Positions 24,550 through 37,739 of a DNA stretch of 64,000 nt are shown one piece after another. A program made the position numbers and the translations under genes. How positions within the stretch are numbered: position 1 is the stretch's first letter; the number at the start of each line of letters is the position of its first letter. Source of the DNA: Octopus sinensis. Its lineage: Eukaryota. Under the pieces are notes generated by a model. That model was not told the DNA's origin, did no database searches, and saw only the letters and a list, made by a program, of their open reading frames with translations. The stretch lies in NCBI RefSeq assembly GCF_006345805.1, contig NC_042999.1, positions 100,378,001-100,442,000 of the forward strand, written 5' to 3'.

Positions 24550-24818
24550 ATTTATGAAAGAGAAAATGTAGAAATTGACAAGCAGACATCAGTTTATTCA
24601 AAGTTATTCTAATCCATATAATGAAATTCCTGTCCTACAGCTGTTTCTATATCCAATTAGTTCAATTACAGAAATTAAATTAATTTGATTTAAATTTTCA
24701 TTTTGAAACTGGTTAATTGAGTATTTCATCGGGGGAGAATTTTCCCAAAATGGAGTTACATTTCAACGTGTTGGTTGACCGACAGATTTAGATATGTGCG
24801 TTGTTTAAAAACCGTTAT

Positions 24819-24863
<45 letters not shown>

Positions 24864-26090
24864 CATACATACATACATACATACATACATACATACATAC
24901 ATACATACATGCATGCATGCATGCATACATACATACATACATACATACATACATACATACATACATACATACATACATACATACATACATACATACATAA
25001 AAACAAATACGTTTCATATATTTGTGCGCCTGCATATGTAATACATGATGGTTTTTATTGGTCCTGGTGTAGTAGTTGTTATACAGATGTTATACGGAGG
25101 GAGAGAGAGAGATTAAAGCAATCCAAAGAGAAAGATTGGTAGAGAGAGAGTGTGAGGGAAAGGGTGGTAACATTCATCAAGTAGTTGTGCATGTGTTTGT
25201 TAAAAATACTGAAGACAGCGAAAACATATGACGCATCAAAACTGCTACTTAATTACCATATAATAGTGTTGCATCATCAATATTTGTGAGTAAATCTACG
25301 GTCGATATAAACTGTGTAAACAAAAGCAAGACCTAAACATTACCAGATACTATTTATAGATAATTTATGTTAAAACTAAGAACAATAAAGTTATAATAAC
25401 TATTAAGATAATGTTTTATCTCAAATTTAGTTTTATGAATTATTATAAGAATTTCAACGTACTGAGAAACGTACTTAATTGAACTTATAGTAAAATACCA
25501 ATACATTGCCACGTATAGAAGCCTTAACGTCCATCTACACCACTTAATTAATATATTATATTATATTACATTACATTATATTAAATTATATTATATTATA
25601 TATATACTTTTCATCAATATTACATCTATTAACCATTTTTAACGCTTATCATCAATGATGATTATATATTTAATGGTAGTTACTAAAAGTCCATTTACAT
25701 ACGTGAACACATGAAAAACCAGTCTCTATTTTTATATGTATATATATATTTATATGAAAATAACGGTTTTTATGTTTATATGTATATATATGAAAATAAC
25801 GGTTTCTAAACAACGCACAAATTCAAAACTCATACATCTGAGTTTGTCGTAAGTCAACCAATACGTTGAAATATTAACTCCTTTTGCGGAAAATCCTTTC
25901 CTGATGATATACCCGATTACCCAGTTTCAATATGAAAATTTAAATTAAATTAAATTAATCTCTGTATTGAACAAAATTGGATACAGAAACGGCTGTAGGA
26001 TAGGAATTTCATTATATGAATTTGAATATCTTTGAATAAACTGATGTCTGCATGTCAATTTCTCCATTTACTTCCTTTTTTCATTCATAT
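24550..26090. repeat. Pair of ~270-bp inverted repeats (24550-24825 and 25790-26090) around (TA)/(TACA) tracts
   Basis: GCAGACATCAGTTTATTCAAAG...GTGCGTTGTTTAAAAACCGTTATTTTCATATA versus its reverse complement, with scattered mismatches and one indel. Confidence 0.85.
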
Positions 26091-26119
26091 GTATGTATGT
26101 ATGTATAATGTGACCGCGT

Positions 26120-26315
26120 GTGTACCGTTGACGATTTTTTTCCTCTGTCTTCCCTTCTCTGGATCTTTCCTTCTCCTATGTTTCCGACGTAGAGCTTCGC
26201 TCGAAACGTTAAACCCTCCTTCTTTCCTTCTTTCCTGAGCGTCCAATAATAATATATTTGTTCCACGTCCTCGCGTTGTTGTGTTTTTTTGTGCTTTCTT
26301 GTTTGGATTAACTAA
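26120..26315 (+). mobile_element. Short non-coding repeat with degenerate minimal hammerhead motif
   Basis: GTTT-CCGACGT-A-GAGC TTC GCTC-GAAA-CGTT-AAAC at 26180-26214 has perfect stems I and II and two core substitutions. It shares TTCCTGAGCGT with the 18335 family. Confidence 0.65.
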
Positions 26316-27330
26316 GTATGTATGTATATATACAAAGCAATTAAATATATCGTGCTCTCTGGCTTTCAGAAAAATGGGCTTAATAGATACAGTCGCTACG
26401 TGTTAAATGAACATTGTCATATGATATATAACAATGAAGTTACTGTCCCTTGCGATTATAATTTTTCGGACTTTTGTTTGTATTTAATATTTACATCTTC
26501 ACTATTCTTACGATTGGATTCTTTGCAGATCATCGTCAAGCGTCTTCTTCCTTAATATGTATAAAGTTTTGATCTGGATTTGAATTAGGAACACTCATTG
26601 GTAAACTAAAGGTAGCTTTTATCCATTCAATACCTGTATCTATCCAATAGCACATGGTGTAACGGTTTTAGTTCAAAAATAAAGTTTGCTCGATCGAATC
26701 CATTTCACTCTGAACACATATCCAAGACAATCGGAGTTTAAACATATGATAACGCATTTTAGATACAAACATTAAAGGACTTCAACTCTACACATGAAGT
26801 TAATAATACTCTGAAAACTTATGTTATTAACAACTCACTTCAGACATTTAGGCATTTAATCTAACATCATTTATTTGTAATTACAAGAAAGATGGATTGA
26901 TCCCATGATACAGCATTACATACCCGCGCGCAAATATACATGTTCATTATTTCTGTAATGTGTTTTAGTCATCATGGCTCAAGCCATGATACGTTACCAT
27001 CTGCCATACATATGCATGTGTTAGTTTGTGTGCGCACGCGTATGTGCCTATGTGGATATGTTTATGTGCATGTCGTGGAGGGGAGGGCAACGCCATTGAA
27101 TAAATATTACCAAACACTCACTTTTCCGACAGGAACCATTTCACTTCACTAGTGAGGATCTTGCACCTGAGCAAGACATCACTGCAACGACTAGACCCCT
27201 ATTTCTTGAATCCAATATCTGCTATTCATGGAAGTCGATGATTATAGACAAGTACAACATTTAATATTTCACACACGCACACACACACGCACACACACGC
27301 GCGCGCGCACTCACACACACACACACACAC

Positions 27331-27371
<41 letters not shown>

Positions 27372-27791
27372 GCACACACATATATACAGTGGGGCAATGT
27401 ATTACTGGATGTAACATATAATTGGTCATCGGTTTTGCACTGACTATTCTACTCGGCAATATTTTGTGTATCTCTTTATCTCATATACGTTATCATTATT
27501 TATTTTTATTGTATTCTACTTCGAACATACGTGCTCTATTTTCAAAGGAAAGCAACAACATAATACTATACCAACCAATCGTCACTACATATGATATATA
27601 AAACCTTAAGTATGGAATCTGAATTGCAAAGTATCTTTCATGCCTATTCACTCAATATTCCCAGTATTTTGCATCACACCCTAACATCTATTGTTTTATG
27701 AAACTTATAAAACAAAATCCATTCATATCCAACAACAAGTGTCTCTGATAAAGTGCAAAAGATAAAATGAATCCCAAAATCTTGAAGAATA

Positions 27792-27797
27792 TTTATT
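27792..27797 (-). promoter_or_regulatory. Candidate polyadenylation signal of the FReD gene
   Basis: AATAAA on the minus strand about 55 nt after the stop codon. Confidence 0.45.
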
Positions 27798-27852
27798 TCA
27801 TTTTCTTTTTTAATTTATACCAGATTTATGGCTAAAACTAGTTTAATGTCTA

Positions 27853-28595
27853 TTATTCTCTTCTATCGTCAGCCGGTTTAATCTCCATTCTAACGGCTCT
27901 GAGCGAGTTTTTTAAGCCGAACAAATTCCTGTAGACAGAATCCCAATAGACGCCGACATTTTTGTTGTCTGAGATAACAGACCCACCTGATATATACTGT
28001 CCGTTCAAATTTGAACAGCCACAGTCGCTAAACCACCAGCCACCAGAAAGTTCCGTCGAACAATTTGACGGGTTATTTTCTCTGTCGTTTGTCGAGAATT
28101 TACTTCCATTAATCGATGGTTCTTTGCAATATTCTGTTGTTGACGTCATGCTGTCCCCGCCCGTACTCGAATTATCGTAACCACCGATGAAAAGCTTGTA
28201 GCCGGAACTTTCGTTCCCGATTCTAAATTGTCTGTATAGTGAATGAGCTTCTCCTCCTAAAATCCACATACTTTTCATGACAATTCGAATTAATGCAGTT
28301 CGATTGTGAGTCAGTCGATGAATTACTTCGTTACCGATCCAATATTCGCCGTCTACGTTACCAAACCCGTTTTTATAATCGTTCCACGGCCGGTTAAAGT
28401 TTACAGAGCCGTCAGAACGTTGCATAATAACAGTCCAACCAGAGCCTGCTTGTATAGTACAGAATGCTTTTCTTTCTTTGACACCCGGGATGTTAATCCA
28501 GTATATACCGCTCGTGGCATAACGGTTGTCACGTGCCACACTGGTGCAATCCAAAAAGCGCTTTTCAGCGTCTTGGTTTTTCTTTTGTTGTTTAA
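27853..28595 (-). CDS. Terminal exon encoding a complete fibrinogen-related domain (FReD; ficolin/angiopoietin/FREP-like secreted protein)
   Basis: The open frame has FReD motifs DC, GWTVIMQRSDGSVNFNRPWNDYKNGFG, EYWIGNE, YKLFIGGY, GDSM, FSTNDREN, GGWWFSDCGCSNLNG and MEIKP. The acceptor TTTTTTTTCCAG ends at 28596, giving a phase-1 exon (xx-KQQKKNQDAEKRFLDC...). Upstream exons were not identified. Confidence 0.93.
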
Positions 28596-31500
28596 CTGGA
28601 AAAAAAAGTAACAGAATGTATTCTTTGTAAGAAAATAAAAATCGATTTAATTTTCAAACTTGCTTCAAAATTGTCAAAAAAGAGACTAAATACAATATAC
28701 ACTGAAAATTGGAATCCCATATAGAGAACCAACATATATAGGTCCATTGCAAAAAAGTACTATGAAGATTGTAACACTTTGATGTGTCTTACGACTAAAT
28801 CTGGTTGGTATGCATTTACATACATGTAATATCTAAAAATGACTTATTCACGTGTCTCTTGTATTTATAAGTGATAAAGGAGCCAGAATCAAGTGGAGCC
28901 GTGTGTTTTAGAAATCAGTCTTCTGGAGGTGAAGAAAAGCTACCATCAGTAGACTAACCAGCAACTCGGGTGATAGATTTACTTCTCACTTGTTAAAATG
29001 CTATGAATACACGAGCTAAGTATTTGATCTTCTGATTTACCGTAATTTGAAAACACATTTCCTTTCTAACTAATCAATCATTCTGTTCCAAACACACACA
29101 CACACACACACATACCCGTGAGACCACAGTCAAAACTACACATCTCTTTTTCTTTCACATAAATACAGTCTAGACTTTCCTGCTTCGAGGTATCGTAATC
29201 ATCTCTGTCTATATCTTCAGCTGATCACCTTCAACAAGCGAATCAGTCCGTAAAAAGAAATTATTAAATGACACAGATGAGATGACCAACATAGTACCAA
29301 GATTCATTAATATGACGTGCTTAATCAGCTACACCAGGCAATGACTATGGTGACATACAAACTCATGACCTACACATTTGACTTGCTGATGGTAGAGATA
29401 TATCATTTTTATAGAGATTTATAGTTGTTGCTTCATGTTACACAAACTGGATCTAATTCCCACCTTTACCATTCTCTGTAGATTCGTTAAAAATATTTCT
29501 GTACCCAACACCTAAGTTTTCGCATGCATGTATATGGAAAGTGGGGGCAAGTCTGTGAAATTCGTGTGCGCGCGTGATTATTATGTGTGTATATATATAT
29601 GGATTACGCTCCTGGTTGCAAGTATGCGTGTGTGCGCGTTCGCGTGCTACAGTAAAGAATGTTCGCTACAGCATATTTTAAAACAAGTCAACAGTCAACT
29701 AAACCAGTGTATTACTGGTGTTTTATCAGACCTGAAGAAACAAAAAAATTCGGTCTAGGAAGAAATTGAGCAAAAAAGGAAATATATAACTAAACCCGAT
29801 GAGAATTTAGTCCGGTGTTCACGATGCTTCTGACATTACAGTATTTGCGTATATTACATATTGGTTCTAGCTATGACCATCTCGTCTTCTTTTTTTTTTT
29901 CATTTCAAACCCAGGACTTAGTTTTCTAGTACATTCAACTATTTTTACGGCAGTAAAACGAAGTCTCATTGACTGCTGTTGTATTTTTTACGGTTTAAGT
30001 TAGGGTAAGAAGGGCAGGGCTCAGGATTTAATAACAGAGACTCTAACACTGTTGAGAGGAAGGAAGAAAGGAAGGAAGGAAGGAAGGAAGGAAGGAAGGA
30101 CCTATAATTCCTCGTTTGCTACAGTAGGAAGCAGTACATGAAACACCAAGCTATCTTCAGACCCTAGGCTTGCTTCGAATCCATGCAACAGAATGGAATC
30201 TGTTAAAAGTCCCAAGGAACAGATAGATTAAGTCTACCAACAAAAATCAAATACGGCCTATCCGACGAGCTTCTTAAGTTTCTTTTCACATAATTTCTCT
30301 ATTATAATTTGGATCAACTCAGGCTTTGGTTGAAAGCTGCTGCACAATTAAATAAAACCCAGACCCACGTGATTTCGAAACAAAATTTTTAACACAAATG
30401 TATGCCTATAACCAAGTTTTTAGCAGGTGAAGTGACTTCATAAAACCTTCATTGGCTCATTTCACATTGTTCTTTTTACTTAGATACAATATATATTTTC
30501 AAAGAGTTGGGGACGATTAAATTAATCAAATACTTTTAATCTATGGCACGATAAATAGTTTCCTTCCATCTTTTTTTTTCACTGTTTTACAATGCATTTT
30601 TTTACTCATAAGTATATTCATATTTTATTATAATGTAAAAATATGAACATATTTAAACGTTTCATTAAACACAGATGTAAATAGAGGGTAAATTGTCGGG
30701 GTAGTTTCGGAGTTAGACAAAATGCTTTGCGGTATTTATTTCGTTACTTTGCGTTCGAGTTCTAACCTCACCAAAGTCAGTTTTGCTTTTCATCCTCCCG
30801 GATCTTGTATATAAAATACTAGTCTGGAACAATGAGCTGGTGAAAACATTAGAGTCAGTCGAGATATTCTGTAGTGTTTGTTCTATACCCTTGAGTTTTG
30901 AGTTCAAATTTCACCGTGGCCTCGGTCGTTGAATACCTTACACGGAGTCTACTATGGTGCAAGCATTTGAGCTAGATCTCTGGTTTGAGGATAACTTCTT
31001 CCCAGCCGTCCCGGAGACCCAGTAAAGAAACATGAGTACCTCTCTGCTCTCCCGACTAAGTGACAATAAATTATATTGGAAATATTGAAACATGATGTTT
31101 ATAAAATATTCATTCATTAAATTTAACTGTCAATTCAATCATAATAGGATTAGAACTATGCACAGAAAGCTAGCGAAACACAAGTTAACCATGGTGATAC
31201 GGCAGTTGGTAGATGGTAGAGCGAGAGTTGAATGATCTGATCATGAATACAGTGAAGCATATAATACAAGCTTTTGGGGTCTTCTAGTGCTGTTATCGAA
31301 ATGCCTATCTGTGACTTTTGCAATTCAATTATGAATGACTTTTCATGAAGTAGTTATATTAGTTAAGAAACTTGATATAATTCAGATTGCTACAACATAG
31401 AAAATTTATGTCAAACTTAGCAAAACGTATTGAGGTATTCAATTTTGATTCCTTATAAAAAAGTACAATACAGAAAACACAAGCTTCATACTTTACCTGT

Positions 31501-32409
31501 TATTATTTCGAACCCAAAAATTAAAACCTATTGATTAAGAGACGGAACATTATTTGAACCGAAATAGGGAGGTGAATTTGGTAAAATATTTAGTGTTAGA
31601 AAATGCCTTGTTCTATGTTCATATCTCGCCAAGGTCAAATTTGCTTTCATGCCTCAAGAGATCCCTACATATAAATTATTATTTGCTCTTATTAATCCCT
31701 TTCTTTCTATTTCCTAAATTTCACTGTATTTGGAAAGTTTGGTCGAGATAAATCCATTATATTCCACAAAGAAGGTTTAAGAATGTTCGTCTTAACCTAG
31801 AAGTTGTTAACACTAAATTCTTTACAATTTCCTTTTAAGAGGTCATTTTTTTTACTACCTGCAGATCACAGTATTTTTCAATATATCGTGAAGTGCATAA
31901 AAATATACAATGTAGAATTTCATACAAAAACTATTCCGTATTAGCCAATTCATCTCTGTTTCTAGGAGAATCTTTTGCGACCTCTAGTGGAATCCAAGGG
32001 TTCAAATAATGTTCCGTCTTTTAATTAATAACTTTTAATTTTTGGGTGTTAAATAATAACAGGTTAAAAAAACTCTGCATTAGATGAGTTGGATCGTCAC
32101 TTTCCATTGGTTCTGCTCTCTGCGTCTATCAGTAGTTAGGAAAGTAAAAAGAAGAGAATTAATGTTGCTAAAACATCTGAGGGTTCCCGATGGTGTAGTG
32201 GTAGATGTTTTCAAAAAGCAACATGTCTTCCTACTTTCCAAGATGAACCTATATCACTGCAGGAAACCTAAAATAAGTTAATAGCATCGAACTCCCTTCT
32301 CCACCAAAAGCCAGTCGCATAGGAATAGCCATTGAAATAGTGATTACACTGGCGGTGCTCCAGCAAGGCCTCAACCTTTGGGCAAAAGCATATAAAAGAA
32401 TATATATAT

Positions 32410-32667
32410 ATATTGTTATATTTCGGAATGGCCATTTTGCCAGTTTAGCCAATAAAAACACACGCACTATATATTTGGTGTTACTTTGCTTCAGTGTTAT
32501 TTATTTTTTACATTAATTCGACCAGAGTTCTTTCGAACTCTGGTCGAAATAAGATAAAGATTAATGTAAAAAATAAATAACACTGAAGCAAAGTAACACC
32601 AAATATATAGTGCGTGTGTTTTTATTGGCTAAACTGGCAAAATGGCCATTCCGAAATATAACAATAT
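32410..32667. repeat. Perfect 108-bp inverted repeat with 42-nt spacer containing a 14-bp hairpin
   Basis: 32410-32517 is the exact reverse complement of 32560-32667 by manual comparison. The spacer holds TTCGACCAGAGTTC-TTTC-GAACTCTGGTCGAA. Confidence 0.95.
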
Positions 32668-32720
32668 CTGTTTCAACACACGAATTCACATAAAAAATCT
32701 TGCACAACAAATATATAAAC

Positions 32721-32775
<55 letters not shown>

Positions 32776-34083
32776 TCGTTTTGTCGTTTTCTGTATATTA
32801 TGGAATTGCACAGTTCTTTTCTAATGTAAGATGGCATGGGTCGGTTTAAGAGAAATTTGACTTGTTATTTATATGCCAAGTTACGGTAGATTTTGTAAAT
32901 GTGTGTATGAGCTACTCAATGTATGTATGAGCTACATAATATATGTTTGAGTGTTTACGCCCATCCAACTTTTTGTATATGATACGTTTACATTCTCCAA
33001 TGTGTCCTTTCCAAATTCAAGACGATATGGTGTGATTTAAGAGAAATATGTCTGCTATTTTCGTAGGTTGTGCAACCACAGTGCAAAGACTTTCCCTCGT
33101 TGGCTCCACTTTTTATTTCGTGTGACGGTTGATCAGACAATATATTATAGGTATGGGTTTATACATTACTTCAGTGAGCTGGTTACATTTCTAATGTGCT
33201 TATTCTTAATTTAAATCAGTACGGCGCGTTTTGATAAAAAGGTGGCCTGCTCTTACCGGCGGGTCAAGCCAACTGCGGAAAGGTAGAAGCAGCAAATGAA
33301 CGAGAAGGTAACAGCAATGAATGAGAGTTGTGAATGGTAGACGATAATTAATTGTTATGTAAATACATGATAAAAACCGACAGTTCAAAAGATTAATGGT
33401 AATGCATGTGATGAGGGGCGCATGCAGCCATTCATAACCCCATTATTATATAATCACCTCATCATATTCGTTCTATGTATTGTTTCCTCTGTGGTATCCT
33501 GTCTGTCCTTGTTTGTCCCCCTCTATATTTGGGCTTTTGTGACTAATAAAGAAACCGAGAGTTGTGCTGCCTGAACTTATATCTTTTGAGCAAAGATGGT
33601 GCTCAAAGTGAACAATAAAAGCAATATTTTTATTTAAATATATTAAACTAGAATTTTAAAAATTGTACTACCATTTTAAAGCAAGTCAAAGAATTATATA
33701 GAGTGTTGGTTACTTATATAAATAAACTTGCATTAGGATCATTACATATCAAGCTTCATAAGCTACTAGATTCACTCTCATGATTTACTATGCAGGTTTT
33801 TTTTCCCTCTCTTCTTTCGTTTTCGTTTTTCTTTATTTTTCTATGCATTCAATTAAATCCGTTTTGAGAGTTCCGAAGTGAATGTTTCTTTTGAAACGAA
33901 AGATATACTGATATATTAAATTCTATTTGCATGGTTAAACTCAAAATCTATTTCTTATTATAAAGTTGTATGTTTTGTGTTTTAATTGTGTTCTGTTAGA
34001 CAAAAACTATCAAACCTTTCTTTGGAAATTCCACTTCTGCTAATTTCTATAACGGTTCGGTTTCATATATACGCTTTTGGGTG

Positions 34084-34142
<59 letters not shown>

Positions 34143-34633
34143 GGAGAGAGCGTGTGTGTACAAATATATGTATGTATAGGTATATGTATATAAGTACATG
34201 TATATATATGTATGTATAAATATACGCATGTATCTAATTGAGTATATGTATGTATATGCACATTTACACACACACACACACACACGCATATGCAGATATA
34301 CATACATACAAAATAATGAATGATAATGGTTTACTCAAAAAAAAAAACCTAATTTACTCACAGAACCGCATACGACACTACATTGCAAAAGAAAAGCAGA
34401 ATACTTTCCTTATTCTACTCACATCATTAAATTTAGTAAGAAGATATCAAATTTATTTATCACCAGCAGTAAAAAATGTTTTTAAATTTATTGTATATTT
34501 GCTTTTGAAACAATTAAAATTTCTTTTCGATTTCATCTATGATAAATTTCAAAATGCCCACATGCTCACTATTCAGAGGAATATAGATTTGAGATTTGAA
34601 GTTTAAAGAAATGAAATTTACTAATACAAATTT

Positions 34634-34667
<34 letters not shown>

Positions 34668-34669
34668 AT

Positions 34670-34727
<58 letters not shown>

Positions 34728-34901
34728 GGTGGTGGGGAGACAGAGAAAGTTTGTGTGATTATTTGGGTGTGTGCTGTGTGCATATGTATGCGTATGTGTA
34801 CGCACGTATGAGAGAAACGGGGCGGACGTCTTGGGTTGGCGAGTGAGTGAGTGAGTACTTATAAAGGATAGTGATTTACTAAGAGACAGAGAGAGATAGA
34901 C

Positions 34902-34944
<43 letters not shown>

Positions 34945-34953
34945 TAGTTATAG

Positions 34954-34986
<33 letters not shown>

Positions 34987-35163
34987 CGTGTGTGTATGTG
35001 TGTGTGTGCGTGTGTGTATGTGTGTGTGTGGTGTGTGTGTGTGTGTGTGTGTGTGCGAAAAGGTTAAATTATATTTCGTCCTTTAATTTGGAGGATTCCA
35101 ACATAAGATTTCTAATATAGATTCTTCATATTTTGCTGGTAGCTTACTGGTGTAAGTTTACGA

Positions 35164-35224
<61 letters not shown>

Positions 35225-35516
35225 TTAATTAAAATCTTAGGGTAGCAAGAATATTCATAGAAAAATTCAGTCCTGACAACCTACTGAAGAAGCAGCGCCA
35301 GATATAGGCTGAAATTATTTTATTTCAGTCTGTATTTAAGTCTGCAGAAACCTTGCAGGATCTAGGATTAAGGTAAAAGTTTTTTAATTTTCAATCACTT
35401 TCGGAATTACAACAATTGGTGGCTTGGAGTTTTAACTGCTCTTTCTAGCGAGTCAGATATCCTATTCTTCGGGTATCTCTTTTGTGTTTGAACGTACATT
35501 GTATTCTTCTTTGAAT

Positions 35517-35550
<34 letters not shown>

Positions 35551-35551
<1 letters not shown>

Positions 35552-35674
35552 CTACTTATAAATTGTGGAAGTAACAGAGTGGCACATGGGTCGACAGTTT
35601 CTTGTGTTACCACTTAGCAATCTATATTTGTGAGTACGCGCGCGAGAGATAGACATATATACATATATGTATGG

Positions 35675-35728
<54 letters not shown>

Positions 35729-35820
35729 TACTTATAAATTGTGGAAGTAACAGGGTGACACAAGGGTCGAGAGTTTCTTGTGTTAGCACTTAGGAATTTA
35801 TATGTGTGAGTTCGCGCGTG
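35551..35820. repeat. Diverged tandem duplication (~95-bp unique unit, 176-bp period) separated by (TA)n
   Basis: ACTACTTATAAATTGTGGAAGTAACAG...GTGAGT.CGCG occurs at 35551 and 35727. Confidence 0.85.
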
Positions 35821-36139
35821 TGTGTGTGTGTGTGCTTGTGTTTGTATCCCACCACCACCACTTAACAACTGGTGTTAGTGTGTTTATGTTCGCGTAACTT
35901 ATTGATTCGGTGAAAGAGACTGATAGAATAAGTACCAGGCTTAAAAAAAATAAGTTCTGGAGTCGATTCATTCGACTGATATTCTTGAAGACGATGCCTC
36001 AGCATGGCCGCAGTCGAATGACGGAAACAAGTAAAAGATAAAAGATATATGTGAATATATCATCCGTAAGCATAAATCCAAAAAAAGGAAGCACTCTCTA
36101 AGTATAGAGTAATATATATCAAAGTTAGATAAGGCCGGT

Positions 36140-36660
36140 TTATGAGATTACCTTAGGTTTCACGTCCATAAAGAACCTGGCATTTTGGCGCATCATCAGG
36201 TCCCAAAACTAGTTGGCCAAAGGCCTCTCTAGTGAGTGGTCTCTCTAGAATATGGAGGAGAAAATGAGTTCGTTACTCATTGTCAACAAAGGGAATTGTC
36301 TTCCCTTGGCTATCGATCACCGACGATGTCAACAAAGGGCGTTGTGTCTCTTTGGCTATTGATCGCCGGTGGCCCTGCTATCTCGTGGGCTAGCAGAAAT
36401 TTCCTGAAATGCAAGCACGTTCCTTAAATGCAAGAACTCTGTTCTGGAGTTCAGGATGTGCCCTGGGTCGAGGGACTCCTTTAAGTTCCTTGCTCGTTCC
36501 GCTATGCATAATTTACAGAGGTTGGTCCCGTTACTGTAGGGGTCTGGATTCTCTAGGATTCTCCATGATATTGTATATGGAATCCCGTCGTCTACAACGG
36601 GATTCTCTTTGTTGACATTGAGCAATGAGCTCATTTCCTCTTCCATATTCTAAAGAGGTC
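36140..36660 (-). mobile_element. Penelope-like element 3' end (GIY-YIG C-terminus plus 3' UTR)
   Basis: YTISWRILENPDPYSNGTNLCKLCIAE...ILNSRTEF matches the PLE endonuclease tail. There is a 46-bp tandem repeat at 36281-36370 and a CTGATGA...GAAAC motif at ~36145-36205. Confidence 0.8.
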
Positions 36661-37363
36661 ACACACTAAAGAGTCTTTTAACCAACATGTTTTGGGATCT
36701 GATAATACGCCATAAAGCCAGGCCCTTTATTTGTCACACATAGTATCACTGATTCTACCTAAGAATCTTAATAAGAGTGTACGAGAACGTGAACTTCTCA
36801 GTCACTTATACGTTAATTTAAGGAACGAGTTATTCAGTTGAACGAATAACGGAATCCTCATTCTCTAAAACGAAGGTCGGTTCTTATAAATCTCAAAGGC
36901 TTCTTCATCTTTTTTGTCGAAGCTGCGTACACATGTGTCTGGCCTATTCGTGTCGGTCAATTTAAACCTCTTAAGATTGGCCGAGATTAATCAATTTTAT
37001 GTTGCATTCTTTTCTCTGTTTATACTTTCATGAGTACCATTGCCATAATTTCACATTGTTTTCTTATACTTTTTGAAGTTTAGTTCTGAATCTATTCATC
37101 TATTATTCACTATGCATAAATATATTTCAATACGTTTCTCTTACTTTCCATATGGATAAGATTGCTGCTGTTTGATACTTGATACACAACTATTTTATCC
37201 ACAGCGAAGCATTTCGTGGTGTTACTTTATATTCACGTAATTCATTACTCAAACTTATAAAGAACCTGCGACTCTTTCGAGAGGAGCAGAAGAAGTAGTA
37301 CAACATACATTTTGTTATGGGTGTTGTCACTTCTGCTCTACTTAAGACGTTTGTAGGTGTTTT

Positions 37364-37428
37364 AACGCTCCTGAAGAGTGAATTACGTAAATACGTACTA
37401 TGCATCACAAAACGATTCGTCATGCATT
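37364..37428 (+). ncRNA. Degenerate type I hammerhead-like motif in a pLTR-like segment
   Basis: CTGAAGA (37371-37377), stem II GTGA/TCAC, AAAA instead of GAAA, stem III ACG-ATT-CGT, cleavage triplet GTC. Stem I is imperfect. AATAAA lies downstream. Confidence 0.5.
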
Positions 37429-37739
37429 CTGACGATTGTTATATTATACTACAATAAACTCAATCAAACTGGTGTTGGGTTCCCGTCTCTTATAAATGAG
37501 TCACACATATATGCTTTGTGTGTGTGTGATGATGTTGGGTGTATGTTGGTGTGGTAGATGTGTGTGTGTGTGTGTATGTGTGTAGTAATGTAGTAACGTT
37601 TTGCTGTGTATTTCACAATAGTTTTTCTCTTCAGTCACTCTCTCGGGGTGATTGAAGAGAAAAACTATTGTACAGCTAGTAAATTATTTGGTTCCAAACG
37701 GCGTAGTTCTAAATCATACACTTTTGTACCTCTGGTAAA

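Noticed and set aside
25885-25945. CTGATGA...GAAA in the 25790-26090 repeat
   Set aside because: No convincing stem II or stem I, and the partner copy does not restore them.
28860-28935. Minus-strand acceptor-like TTTTCTTCACCTCCAG upstream of the FReD exon
   Set aside because: All three frames hit stops shortly after the acceptor.
31859-31953. Candidate first exon of the FReD gene (MNWLIRNSFCMKFYIVYF..., CAG/GTAGTA donor)
   Set aside because: It is a poor signal peptide, and its phase-2 donor cannot join the phase-1 FReD acceptor directly. There is no independent support.
33405-33560. LTR-like segment starting TGTGATGAGG with AATAAA
   Set aside because: No CA end or TSD was found. The AATAAA belongs to the RTE-type 3' tail seen in SINE copies.
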